Shown in pieces: positions 40,780 to 52,324 of a stretch of DNA of 64,000 nt (positions within the stretch are counted from its first letter, which is position 1; each line of letters opens with the position of its first letter). The position numbers and the translations under genes are program-made. The DNA is taken from the NCBI RefSeq assembly GCF_009914755.1, contig NC_060929.1; one strand, written 5' to 3'. This DNA is from the human T2T-CHM13v2.0 reference genome, Homo sapiens. Under the pieces are notes generated by a model. It saw nothing but the letters and a program-made list of their open reading frames with translations. It was not told the DNA's origin and ran no database searches.

Positions 40780-41900
40780 CATCAATTTCCTCAAAGGCCT
40801 CTTAAAGATATCTACAACATTTTGTAAAGTATAGAAACAATGGATTTTAAAAAGAGGCGTGAGCCACATCCCAGACTTAACAAATGTTAAGATTTTGTTG
40901 TATTTGTCTCAGATATTTTTAAATGAATTAAATATTACAGATAAAATCAGAATATTCTTTGGTTCATACACATATAATATGTAGAGATCCATAAAATATA
41001 TATTGTGTCAGCACTCTTATATCTTTCCATAAATTTTTTATACTGTTTATGTGATTTTATAAATTATTTAAAAACTCATTATTTTTGAGATATATCCTTA
41101 TTAATACATAAACTTAGTTCTTCTATTTTAAACACATATATAGCATTACATTGTACAAATATTCCACAAATTATTTATTGGTATGTAGCTGATGTTGAAA
41201 TAAACATCCATTACATAAGTTCCTCTAAGGTACATAAGTTTCTCTAAGGTATACATTCAGATCTAGGATTGCTAGTCATAAAATATTTACATCTTTGATA
41301 CTGCCAAATTTCTTTCTAAGATGGCTGCACTTGTTTATAGTTCTGCCATCTGTGTGAGAGTTTCTGTCTCCCCACATAGTCACCACATTTTGGTATTGTC
41401 GTCATCCTTTTAAATGTTTGCAAACCTGATGAGTTTGAAATTATATCTATCTCCTTATTTCAATTTGCATATGCCTCAACACTCATGTTTACTTATTATT
41501 AATGTTTTTATTGGGCTTATCTATATGATTTGCTAACTATTCGTCATAGTTTTTGTCTTATCTTACTGATTTGTAGAGGTATTTATTAATTTAGGCTATA
41601 ATTATTTGCCTGTGATCTGCTACTATATCAATATTGTTCATTGTCCTCAAATTTTACTGCTTCTAATCTCCTTTTTATTTTTGAAATAGATGCATAACAT
41701 TTTACGTAGTATATATATTAACTTGTGAAACATAACACTATAATAATCATGTGTGAATTTACTGCTAGACCATTATCGATGTCTGCATTATCTTCCCCAT
41801 CCCCTATTCCCCTATCCTATCCTCCTTTCCAAAGCTAACCACTGTCTTATTTTAAATTTTGTTTAATCATATATAGCTTGTTTTGTTTCTGATTCACTTA
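40780..41900 (-). mobile_element. Highly decayed L1ME-type 3' fragments
   Basis: Antisense L1 3' blocks (ACTGCCAAATTTCTTTCTAAGATGGCTGCAC; TTTGCAAACCTGATGAG; AAAGCTAACCACT). Confidence 0.5.
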
Positions 41901-42184
41901 GACTATCCATTACATTTGAAAACTATTTGCAGAAATAATATAAGGATTATTATAAGAAATAATGTAAGGATTATTTTACCATCTGCTAGAGCATACTATT
42001 GCTGCTTTCTGCCCTTCATTTGGAAGTGCTATGAATTCAGAGCTATATCACTTCATTATTAGATTTGAGGTTCCTTGAACCCCCAGCTGATGGGAAACCA
42101 GGTTTGTTCCTCTGAGAGCTGGTAAACTGTAACAGTTGATTATCACATGGAGAGCATAGCCATTTTGATGCCAGTTCAAAGTGA

Positions 42185-42280
42185 AGGGTGGCCAAGGTAG
42201 TGACCAGGGTAAAGTGAGGTACCTAGGGTGCAACATTTAAGAAGGCACTCATTCTTAGGCTGGTGCATGTGCTGACAGCA
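42185..42280. mobile_element. MER91-like hAT-Tip100 fragment
   Basis: GTGAGGTACCTAGGGTGCAACATTTAAGAAGGCACTCATTCTTAGG. Confidence 0.65.
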
Positions 42281-43948
42281 GTCTCAGAAGGCGGATAGAC
42301 TTCAGAAATATTAACACCTGAAAGACACTAAAGTGTAGTCTAAATATGAAAATTTATTATTTACAAGTATATAATCAATTTTTCTATTATTTATTGAAGA
42401 ATCTATAAGTTTAGTAATTTGTGCTTTACTGTCATATATCAAGTTTTGAAAAATATGTCAACCTAGTTTTGATCTTTTTACTTTCTTCTATGGGTTTGCT
42501 TTCTCTTGATTGCTGTGGGAAAATACTATACTTTTTAATATATCTTATGTTTAAATATTTCTTATGTTTGGGTTGTTTTCAAAATTGCCTTCAAAATATT
42601 CTTGGCCTACACCCTTCCACGTATTTGTAGAATTCCACCAGAAAAACTGTCGGGATTTTGGTTTGTATTAAAATTTTAGACAAATTAGGAGGAAATTAAC
42701 ATCTTTCAAATGTTGAGTTTTTGTATTAATAAATTTGGTATTTCTCTCCATGTATTCTTTTATTATTAATTTTTAATAAATAAAATATTTTTATTTTATT
42801 AACTTATATATAACAATTTATAAATTTTTTTTAAAGTACATTTATATGTATTATTTTATCATAGGGCTTTATCAATGTATAGGTGATATACAATGAAAGG
42901 GACATATTTGCATTCTACCAACTGATGAGTTTTAACCTATATATAAACCCATGAAATCATCACCACATTCAAGATAACGAACGTTTCATTACCACCAAAA
43001 TCTTTTTTCTGACACTTTGTAAAGCATCCTCCCTTCCAGCCCCATTCACAGGCAAAATCAGATCTGCTTTCTGGTCCTATGTATCAGATTGCCTTTTTTA
43101 GAATTTTATATAAATGAAATAAATCAGTATATACTCCTTATTTGGTCAGGTCTCTTTCACGCAGCATAACAATTTTGAGATTCATCCATGTTGTTGCATT
43201 CATCAGTAGTTTATTCCCATTTATTGATAAATCATTTAATTTTATGGTTATGCTACAATTTTTTAAATTAATTCATCTGATAGACATTCGGGTTGTTTCT
43301 AACTCTGGGATATTGAGAATAAAATTGCTATTATCATTTGTGTACAAATCATTGTTGAATATACACTTTCATTTTTACTGGATTCATGATCTAGGAGAGT
43401 AATAGCTAGGTTGTATGGTAAGATTATGTTAAAATTTTTAGGAACTACTGGACTGTTTTCCAGAGAGTTTTCAACATTTTATATGTCTACCTACAGGATA
43501 TGAGAACTATAATTGCTCCAGATTCTTGCCAATACTTGGTATGCTTAGTCTAATTTTATCCATTTTAGTGACTGCATAATGGGTTTTTATTGTGGTCATT
43601 GTAGAGCATGAGTAGTGGTATCTTGTTGGAAATTTACTTGTATTTCCATAATGACTAATAATGTTCAGCATTTTAAATGTGTTTATATGCTGCTTATGTA
43701 TCCTTTTTAGTAAAGAGTCTGTCAGAATATTTTGCCTTTTAAATTGGGTTGTTTATCTTATTATTTAGTTACAAAAGTTCTTCATGAATGCAAATACAAG
43801 TCCTTTGTTGAATATGTGTTTTGTCAATACGTTCTCCCAGTCTTTGACTTGTCTTTTCATTTTGTAAATGGTACGTTTTAGAGAACAAATATTTTTTATT
43901 TTGATGAACTCCAATACTGTTTTTTTTCTTTCCTAGTCCATGCTTTTA

Positions 43949-44027
43949 TTAGGTTGGTGTAAAAGTAATTGTGGTTTTTGTCATGACTTTTAATGGAAAA
44001 ACTGTAATTGTTTTTGTACCAACCTAA
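43949..44027. mobile_element. MADE1 (Hsmar1-derived mariner MITE), full length
   Basis: TTAGGTTGGTGTAAAAGTAATTG...TTTTTGTACCAACCTAA inverted termini; TA TSD on both sides. Confidence 0.95.
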
Positions 44028-44280
44028 TATTTTTGTTTATTTAAGACATTTTTGCCTGTTGTATGTCATGTGATTTTTCTGTTTTCTTTTAGAAGGTTTC
44101 TAATTTTGCTTTTATCATTAGGCATTTATTGCATTTAAAATTATCTTTGTCTATGGTATAAGTCAACGTTCATTTTTTGCATGTGGATGTCCAATTGTTC
44201 CAGCACCACTGGTTGAAGAGACCATCTTTTCCCACATTGAATTTCTTTGGCATCTTTTTCTTTGTTGAAAATCAATTGGA

Positions 44281-44472
44281 GATATATACATATATCCTAT
44301 ATATATGAATATACTTATATATATTTATAATATATAACAAACATATTTATAATATATTTATATCATATGTCACATATAAAATATACATAATATAGTCATA
44401 TATATTAACATATATATTCATATATCTTAATATATGTATAACATGTTTAATATATATTGAATATATATTCAA
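44281..44472. repeat. Degenerate (TA)n AT-rich low-complexity tract
   Basis: Read directly. Confidence 0.85.
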
Positions 44473-44892
44473 AGAATCTGTTGTTTTTCATTCATCACTA
44501 AACTTAACTTTATGTAAATGCTACACTGTCTTAATGACTGTAGCTTTATAATCTTTGAATACTCTTGGTACTGCCCATCATATAAATTTTACAATCTTCT
44601 TGTCAATTTTTGCCCCTTCTCCCAAAAATCTCATGTTTAAATGGGATTGAGTTAAACCTGTAGAACAATTTTGGGAGAATTGATTGATTACAATATTAAT
44701 CTTCAGATCCATACATATAGTATAGCTTTCTATTCACTCAGGTGTTTAAATTCCCTCCACCCAGTTTTGCAGATTTCAGTATGCAGGCCTAGCATATCTT
44801 TTGCCAAATTTATCCCTATTTTTTTATACTATTGTAAGTGGTATTCTAAATTTTAATTTCTGAGTGTTTATTGTTAGAATATAGAAACACAA

Positions 44893-44999
44893 GTTTTTGT
44901 ACATTGACCTGTATCTTGAAAACTTGCAAAACTCACTTGTTAGTGATGTTTTTGTACATTGACCTGTATCTTGAAAACTTGCAAAACTCACTTGTTAGT
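44893..44999. repeat. Perfect 52-bp duplication with 3-bp spacer
   Basis: 44893-44944 is identical to 44948-44999; spacer GAT. Confidence 0.95.
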
Positions 45000-45829
45000 T
45001 ATTTTAGCATTTTCGGTAGTGCCTGAGGATTTTCTACACAAATGATTATGTCGTCTGTGAATAATCACAGTTTTATTTTCTTTTCCAGTGTATGCTTTTC
45101 TTCCCCCCTGCATGATTACACCAACTGGTACTTCTGGAACAATGTTAAACAAAGTCTTAATGGCAGATATCCTTGCCGTTTTCCCCTCTTTAGGGAGAGA
45201 GCATACAGTGCTTCATTATTAAATACAATGCTAGCAGATTCTTTTTGTAGATACTCTTCATTTGGGTTGAATAATATTCCCTTTATTCAAATGATGGACA
45301 GTTTTTATATTGTGTATGTTGTTTGCAAAATGCTCTTTAGCAACTATTGAGATGTTCATAATGCTTTTTTCTTTTGTTTTTTAATATTGGGAAATGCACT
45401 GGTTGATTCTCAAATGTTAAATTAATCTTATATTCTGGAACAAACATAATCTGGCACTAATATACAATCTTTTTTGGAAAATACAATATACTAATATGCT
45501 AAATATTAAATCCTAGGTAAAAATTTTTGCATCTATTTTCATGAGGGAAATTTGTTTCCAGTTTTATTTTCTTGTAATATCTTTGTCTTGTTTTGGGCTT
45601 AATGAATAAGGTGTTAAGTGTTCACCTAGGCTAACTTATCAGCTTCTTTCTTAACCCAGTTCATCCTATGTATACAGGTGTAAATAATTCACATTCTGTC
45701 TCCCATAAACTTCATATACACACATATTGCATAGCATACTCTTAAGTAAGTCTTAAATTCATATTAAATGAATATATAAGCAGTAAATATGTAAGACAAG
45801 TAATTATAATAAAAGTACAAGTAGTTAAC

Positions 45830-45995
45830 AGCAAGTGCTTTATTTATCACATTATAATAATTCCCTTTATAATCTTCAGAATAAGCTTATGCATAGGTTC
45901 TATTTACTGGCATTGTATAAATAAGAAAATTTTGTTTATAGAGCTTAGGTAACTTGCCAAATCTAATAAGCAGCAGGGCAGGGGTTCTTTTAGAC
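45830..45995 (-). mobile_element. MIR remnant
   Basis: AAGTGCTTTATTTATCACATT..AGAGCTTAGGTAACTTGCCAAA..TAATAAGCAGCAGGGCAGGG. Confidence 0.55.
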
Positions 45996-46769
45996 TATAA
46001 GTTGAAAATGCTTTTCATTTGTTGGTGCCTATAAAATCACTCAATCATACTCTCACTCTTAGTTTTTCAATGGCAAATGAATAAGAAGAAACTTCTAGAT
46101 AAATTAGGCAATTTAGAATAGTATATTCTTAATTTACTGCTTTGTCAATATCACATTCTAAGATTCTAAGATTTCTTATGTAAACTGAAATCGTGCAACA
46201 TCTGAGTTTTCTTTTTCAGAGGAATATTTACAGAATATAAAATGTCAGGAAAACCTAAACATGGTGACCTAACAGACAAACTTCTTTATCTGCTTATGTA
46301 TTGGCAAAATGAGTGAAATACGTGAAAAAAAAGAAAGAAAACAGAAATAGAGTAAAGCAGAGAAACTAAAACAGATAGAAGGCAGACAGGCAGTTAAGCA
46401 GAGCAGAAGAGAAAAAGGCAGCAAATGGCAGTCCTCATCAAATTTTTAGGCTTTTCTTTTTTCTTTTTTTTTTTGCTCAGTACCTTTAGTAACTGGGATG
46501 TAGTATACTATCTTCATTCAAATCACTTTGTACATTAAAGCCCTCCACCCCACCTCATACCAGACACTTTAGGATTCACATATTATCTAGCCATGAATGA
46601 AGACAATGGAAGACAGAGAACAAGACAAAAAATAAAAAAAAACCTTCACAACTTTAAGACAGGTCCACCATTTTACCTAAGGCTTGCATGTTTCTTTTCA
46701 TTGAACAGGCACAGTATATTTCTAATGGGACCTCACTCCTCCCAACGCTCTAATATCTCATAATTTATA

Positions 46770-46960
46770 AAACAGCTTTCTTCCTTCAAAAGCTCAGTTT
46801 ACTTTACAGATATCTCATTGATTCTCACAGTATTCCTTCAGTGAACTTAGGTGACAAGAATTATTATATATTTTACTGGGGGCAACAAAAAGACTGAAGC
46901 AACAAGAACCCATTATCACCAGTGAGTTACTGAGGACTAGGAATTTCAAACCTAATGCTG
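46770..46960 (-). mobile_element. MIR remnant
   Basis: TATCTCATTGATTCTCACAG..ATTTTACTG..GACTGAAGC..AGTGAGTTACTGAGGACTAGGAATTTCAAACC. Confidence 0.55.
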
Positions 46961-47539
46961 TTACCTCCCTTCATCTCTCTTTAGGCTCTAAAGTCTTTAG
47001 GCTCCTGAGTCCTGCTACTCAGCAGGTTAGGGTTTCACAGGGAAGAACGGTAGGTATACAAGTAGCTATTAGATGCCTACATAACCTCTGCACTTGAATG
47101 TCTGGTAGTTAATTCTGATTGAACATGAACAATTTTTTTTTCTCCTGAAACCACTTCTCTTTCCAGTATTCTTATCTTAGGAATAGGACTATGGTCCACC
47201 TAGTTGATCAAACAGCCAAAATAGTACATTCATTATTTTTCCTTTTCTCCTGTTTTTCTTATCTCCAAATTCCATTGACACCACCACCAAGATTGATTCC
47301 AAACAGATGCATCTTGACCCCTCTTACTGGTAACACTCTAGCCCCGATTGCCATTATCCATCCTGACAGTCTGGTAATCAGACAAATGGGAAACTTCCTA
47401 ACATCTACTACTGTAATGCCCTGGTGTTATTAGGATTAATGGCATTATTATCCCCCTGATGGCTGCAATACCAGTCCTCCTTTCATGCTTACTTTCTCTG
47501 CACCACAATCCACTCTCAGCAAAACAGGAAGAATAGTTA

Positions 47540-48960
47540 TACATGTTAATGGCTTAAAAAATGAAGTTTAATTCTACTAGTTTTATTCCCAAGAAGTCCC
47601 CTAGTTCATAGTAATATCATGCGTGTTAGAATTAATTACTTTCATTTGGTATTTACCTTGATGTATGTGTGTCTCTGTGTGTGTGTGTACAAAACAATGC
47701 TATATTTATGTAATATAGTACTTCTTAACTTTTCACTTTTGGACATCATCTATTCATTTCCATCTATAAAAGATGAGGATTTGGCTCTTTTACGATTCTC
47801 CTCCAGAAACCACATACTCATTTTTTATACCTTCGGCCCTCTAATATAGGTTATTGTAATTTGTGTTATATAAGTATGCAATATTTGTATTATCATGACT
47901 GTACAAATGCTACTTATAGCTGAGCCATACATGTTTTATTAAGGAGAATTAATATTCTAAATACTTATAATAAATTTAATCTCTACAATTCCTCACCTAA
48001 GTGATTCTCCCTTAAGCACATTCAAACATAGGACATAGTCTCTGTTTCATCTTCTCAAAGAAATTTCCTCCAAAGTCCTCTCAAGTATTCTTTCTGCACT
48101 GGCTTAAGCCTGATATACGGCTGTCACTCTGGCATCCACTGCTTCATCCTGAAGATTCTCTTTGCTTCTCTTTCTTTGGTATCTTTGCTCTGTTTTATGA
48201 AACCTATACTTCCTCCTCCTTCGTTTATTCCTCTTTTTTGTGAAATAAACTCTCTATTAGCTTTCTGAGAAAAAGGCAATGACAGGTAAATTTTTTTAGA
48301 CATCGTGCATATCTGAAAATGCCTTAATCTATCCTTATTCTTAATTGACAGTTTAGCCAAGTATGATATTGTAGATTGGAAAATGTTTTTACTCAGAATT
48401 TTTAAGGCATTGCTTGTCTTCTAGGTTCCAGTATTATTTTTGAAAAGTCTGAGACTATTGCAATTTTGATAATTTGCATAAAACTTTTTCTTGTTAATTC
48501 TGGAATATTTTTCCTCAATGTTCTAAAATTTTAAAATAATATGCCTTGACATGGACCATCTCCATCTTTAGTGCTGGTCACTCAGTTAATCCTGTGAGTC
48601 TACCAATTTATAACACTCAGTTGTGAGAAATTTGTTTCTCTGATAATTCCTACTTCTCCATTTTCTCTTTCAGGAATTCCTATTATATGTAGGGTAGACC
48701 TAATGAAGTAGTCCCCTAATTTTCTTGTCTTTTATCTCCTATGTTTTATATCTCTTGGTCTTTTTGCTCGATCCTCTGGAAGATTTTCCCAACTTGATCA
48801 TCCAGTCATTTTGTGAACATTCTATTCTATCATCATATTTTAATGTCATAAGATCTCTATTCAGTTTATGTGATTGTATTATTGGCTTATTGGTGCAGTA
48901 CCTTTAATTATCTAATTCAAAATATTAATGATTTCTTAAAGTTTTCTATATCTTGCATGG
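47540..48960 (-). mobile_element. HAL1 (half-L1) or very old L1 ORF1-like fragment
   Basis: ORF 48124..48360 begins AKLSIKNKDRLRHF, resembling the ORF1p C-terminus; TTCTGAGAAAAAGG..GGTAAATTTTTT..GCATATCTGAAAATG and TAAAAGATGAGGA / AGCTGAGCCA blocks resemble HAL1. Confidence 0.65.
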
Positions 48961-49086
48961 TATCAATTTCTACCAATTCACCATCTTTAACTGTAAGTAT
49001 TGCAGTGATCTTTTTAAAAGCATAATGTTATTTGTTTTTTTTTTCTGTAATGCCTTCTAATGCCTTCAAATATCATCGCATTGTAT

Positions 49087-49430
49087 TTAGACTAAATGTC
49101 TTACAAACAACAACAATTTAATTGTAACAGTTAGACTAAATGTCTTACAAACAACAACAATTTAATTGTAACAGTTCCAGAGGCTAGGAAACCCAAGATC
49201 AAGACTCTAGCTGAGTTGATAGATATCGATTTTCTCACTGTAAGTTCACAGTATGAAAGGGGCAAGCAGTCTCTGTGGAATCCCTTTTATAAAGGCACTA
49301 ACTCCCTTCATGAAGGCTTTATTCTCATGACCTAATCATCTCCCAAAGGCCCAGCTACAAATCCCCTCGCATTACAGGTTCAATTTTAACATGTTAATTT
49401 TAGGAGGACACAAATATTCAGGCTATAACT
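49087..49430 (-). mobile_element. MLT1A/MSTD-like LTR, with a perfect 44-bp tandem duplication at 49087-49174
   Basis: CAGAGGCTAGGAAACCCAAGATCAAG..CTTTTATAAAGGCACTAA..CTCATGACCTAATCATCTCCCAAAGGCCC..GGAGGACACAAATATTCAG. Confidence 0.85.
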
Positions 49431-50219
49431 CTCCAATTCACCTCATTTCATTCTCATAGCTAAAAGACACTCAATATATTTTAAATAAATTATTGAGGCA
49501 AGATTCAAATAAAAATTTATGTAACTTAGATTTCATAAATCTAAGTTTCTATCCAGCACAGTAATTACAATGTCAACTTTCAATCTGTTTTTCACGCCAA
49601 ATTGTATTACCTACCACGATAGGTTGATCTTCCTGAGGTGTGGCCTAATCATGTACTATTCTTTTAAAGCCATTCTGACCATTTAGTGATAAATTAAACA
49701 AGAGTAAATGTATCAGTATGATTACCAAGACTTTCCTAAATATGACTTCAACCTGACTCTCCAGTATTGCCCTTAAAATTGGTTCCTCGTAGAAATAAAG
49801 AGAATAACCTCATCTGCTTATTCAATCAGTGACTAGAAACAGATTAATTGAGCTACCTCTGCTGGAAAAGACTAAGATGTTATGTTATTGAAAATGCATT
49901 TTTTTAATGTTAGAAAACAAAATGTGTGTTCATTTAAAAATTTTCATGTAGAAGACGATTTGCTCAAGATAGTTCCAGAATATCCTTGAATAGCAAAAAG
50001 GTGAGAGCAAGAAGTGGAAAGGGCAATGGCAATGTAGGGAGATTTAAAGTCGAATTTAGAAGTGAGAGTACAGGAGAAGACAGCAGGGGAGTTGGGTCGG
50101 AACCTATGGTAGCAGTTATAAGCCAGAGATAGAATCCATTTTCATGGCAATTAGGAAAAAGCAGGGAAAAAGAGGCTAGACGGAAGGATGCAATTTGCCT
50201 ATTCGTTCTTTAGTCTAGA

Positions 50220-50565
50220 CTTTGCATAGTTCTTGAATCCATCAAGAAGAATCTCCTTTCCTAGTGCCATCACCCTTACCAGGGCACCATTATCTCTCAT
50301 GGGGCTGTTGAAATAGCCTCGTAATTGATTTCTATGTATCCAATCTAGTCTAGGTCTGTTCTATTCTTTACATAGCACTGAGAGTGATCTTAACATCAAA
50401 ATCTGATTACCTCACTCTCCTGCTTAAATTGTTTAAATAGCTCCAGTTGCTCTTAGGATAAATCCTAAATCCTTAACTGGGACTAGAAGGTCCTGGATCT
50501 TCTAGCCCCTGGACTAAGCCTATTTACATGTGTATATATATATGGTTATATATATAGGTCTATGG

Positions 50566-50596
<31 letters not shown>

Positions 50597-50722
50597 TACA
50601 CATATAGAGAGAGAGAGCGCCATAGGCCTAGTCCAGGGCTATATATATAATATATATATATATAAAATATATATATGGTTTTATATATATGTCTATGGAT
50701 TATATATATATACACACACACA

Positions 50723-50764
<42 letters not shown>

Positions 50765-51050
50765 CTTGGATAAACATGATGAGGACTTAATGTATATAGG
50801 TGAGGAAAAGTAGTCATTTCCATAGAGAAATTTTTTCCCACCTAAAGATGACATTAAGTCCTCATCATGTCACTTAAATGTCACTTCCATAGGGAGACTT
50901 TTCCTGACCTAAAGGTTATGTTAAGTCCTCCTCATGTTTTCCCAACGTACCTTATTCGTCTTGGAAGCACTGATCACTCCTGTAACTTTTTATTTAATAT
51001 AATCCATCTCCTAGATTGTAAGATACACTAAAGGATATTTAGACTCACAC
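50220..51050 (+). mobile_element. L2 fragment interrupted by a microsatellite and local rearrangement
   Basis: CACCATTATCTCTCA..AATAGCCTCGTAA..AAATCTGATTA..CACTCTCCTGCTTAAA..GCTCTTAGGATAAA; later CTTAAATGTCACTTCC..CTAGATTGTAAG. Confidence 0.7.
50529..50760. repeat. Compound (TA)n/(CA)n/(GA)n microsatellite with templated inserts
   Basis: Read directly; accounts for ORFs 50560..50841 and 50562..50813. Confidence 0.95.
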
Positions 51051-51074
51051 CTGTTATATAATATATATTTAATG

Positions 51075-51435
51075 ATCATTACTGTTGTCATAATAGTAGC
51101 TATTTCTTGAATGCTTGCTATATGCCAAATGCTAAGTGCTTTATTGACCTTGATTTATTTATTCCTATTTTAGAGTTGAGGAAACCGAGGTACAGAGTGA
51201 TTACAGGAAAGCTTCAAAGCTCCTAAGATAATGAAGGCACTAAGTCTGGAATTAGATCACTGGGCTTAAATCCCAGTTCTGCCACCTGCTGTGTAATCTT
51301 AGGCAAGTGACAGATAAATAACAGTACTTATCTCATAGGGTTTTCAGGAAGATAAAATGAGCTAAGACATATTAAAATTTTAGAATAACGTATGGCACAT
51401 AACTGCTACATAAGTTAGCAGTTATTATTGAATAT
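51075..51435. mobile_element. Two adjacent MIRs in opposite orientation (~51075-51205 minus; ~51225-51435 plus)
   Basis: CCTATTTTAGAGTTGAGGAAACCGAGGTACAGAG; TGGGCTTAAATCCCAGTTCTGCCAC..GTGTAATCTTAGGCAAGTGAC..CTCATAGGGTT. Confidence 0.75.
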
Positions 51436-52273
51436 TATTATAACCACTATACTATGGCAACCCCAACAAATATTTATTGACATTTCTAGAAATGAGAGGA
51501 AGAATAAATGGAATTATTCACTGAAAATATTCAATGCATTTTTCTGGGGGTATGGTTTAAACACTTCAGTGTACTACCTCTGATTTTCAATCACTGAGAT
51601 TTTATACACATTAGTCCCCGGTAGCTCGAGGAGTGCCTACCGGGAAATAAAATGGAGGTACTATTTCAAATATACATGTTGTAGCCATTAGCTACAGTGC
51701 TAAAGCATGTGTATTACAAAAAGAGTGGAACCATGAGCCATCCTGCAGGAAATCTGAGCTCCCCTAAATGAATTGAGCATTTCGTAGCATCTGGAGTTAA
51801 TACGTTAAACAAAGCAGTGCGTACCACTGCTAAAGTGAGAGGTAATGTAATAATTTAATATTTTAGCAGCCCATAGTATGAGGAATTTCCTTCCTCACAT
51901 ACTCTCCATTTCTCAGATTGTCAGCATTTTAATAGAAATTTTAAGGAACATTCCACCAAATAATATTCCTGACTTTGTTCCTCCAAAATTATGTCCCCAA
52001 AGGAAAAAAGTTTCATATGCAATTCTATATCTATCTTAATCTGATAAAATTGAGAATAAAAAGCAGTTAATGCCATGGACGTTTTTCCATTTTAAACTAA
52101 TAACAAACATTAGTGTGGGCAGATGTGTGGGAAGCTCTACCCTATTTCTAGTTGTGAAAATGTAATAGTAGAGTTTGATGTGCCCTTCAGTGTACCTGCA
52201 GATGAGACTACACTGGTTCTGAAATACCTGAGAAGTGGAAAACAGTTCTTCTCTGGCACCTAATGAGAGTTTA

Positions 52274-52324
52274 TTAGGTTGGTGCAAAAGTTACTGCAGT
52301 TTTTGCCATTACTTTCAATGGCAA
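52274..52324. mobile_element. MADE1, truncated (right TIR mostly missing)
   Basis: TA+TTAGGTTGGTGCAAAAGTTACTGCAGTTTTTGCCATTACTTTCAATGGCAA. Confidence 0.88.

Larger units (their letters stand above)
42790..45600 (-). mobile_element. L1MC/MB-type element: 3' UTR and ORF2 3' part, interrupted by MADE1 and an AT-rich tract
   Basis: ATCACCACATTCAAGATA..; TTTTGAGATTCATCCATGTTGTTGCAT; TTGCATGTGGATGTCCAATTGTTCCAGCACCA; TTTTGCATCTATTTTCATGAGGGA. Confidence 0.85.

Noticed and set aside
31510-45600. Opposite-strand old L1M copies as a large inverted repeat
   Set aside because: They have different 3' ends, heavy divergence and ~9 kb of separation, so they are independent insertions.
50560-50841. YI-rich ORFs on both strands
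   Set aside because: They are translations of (TA)n/(CA)n.
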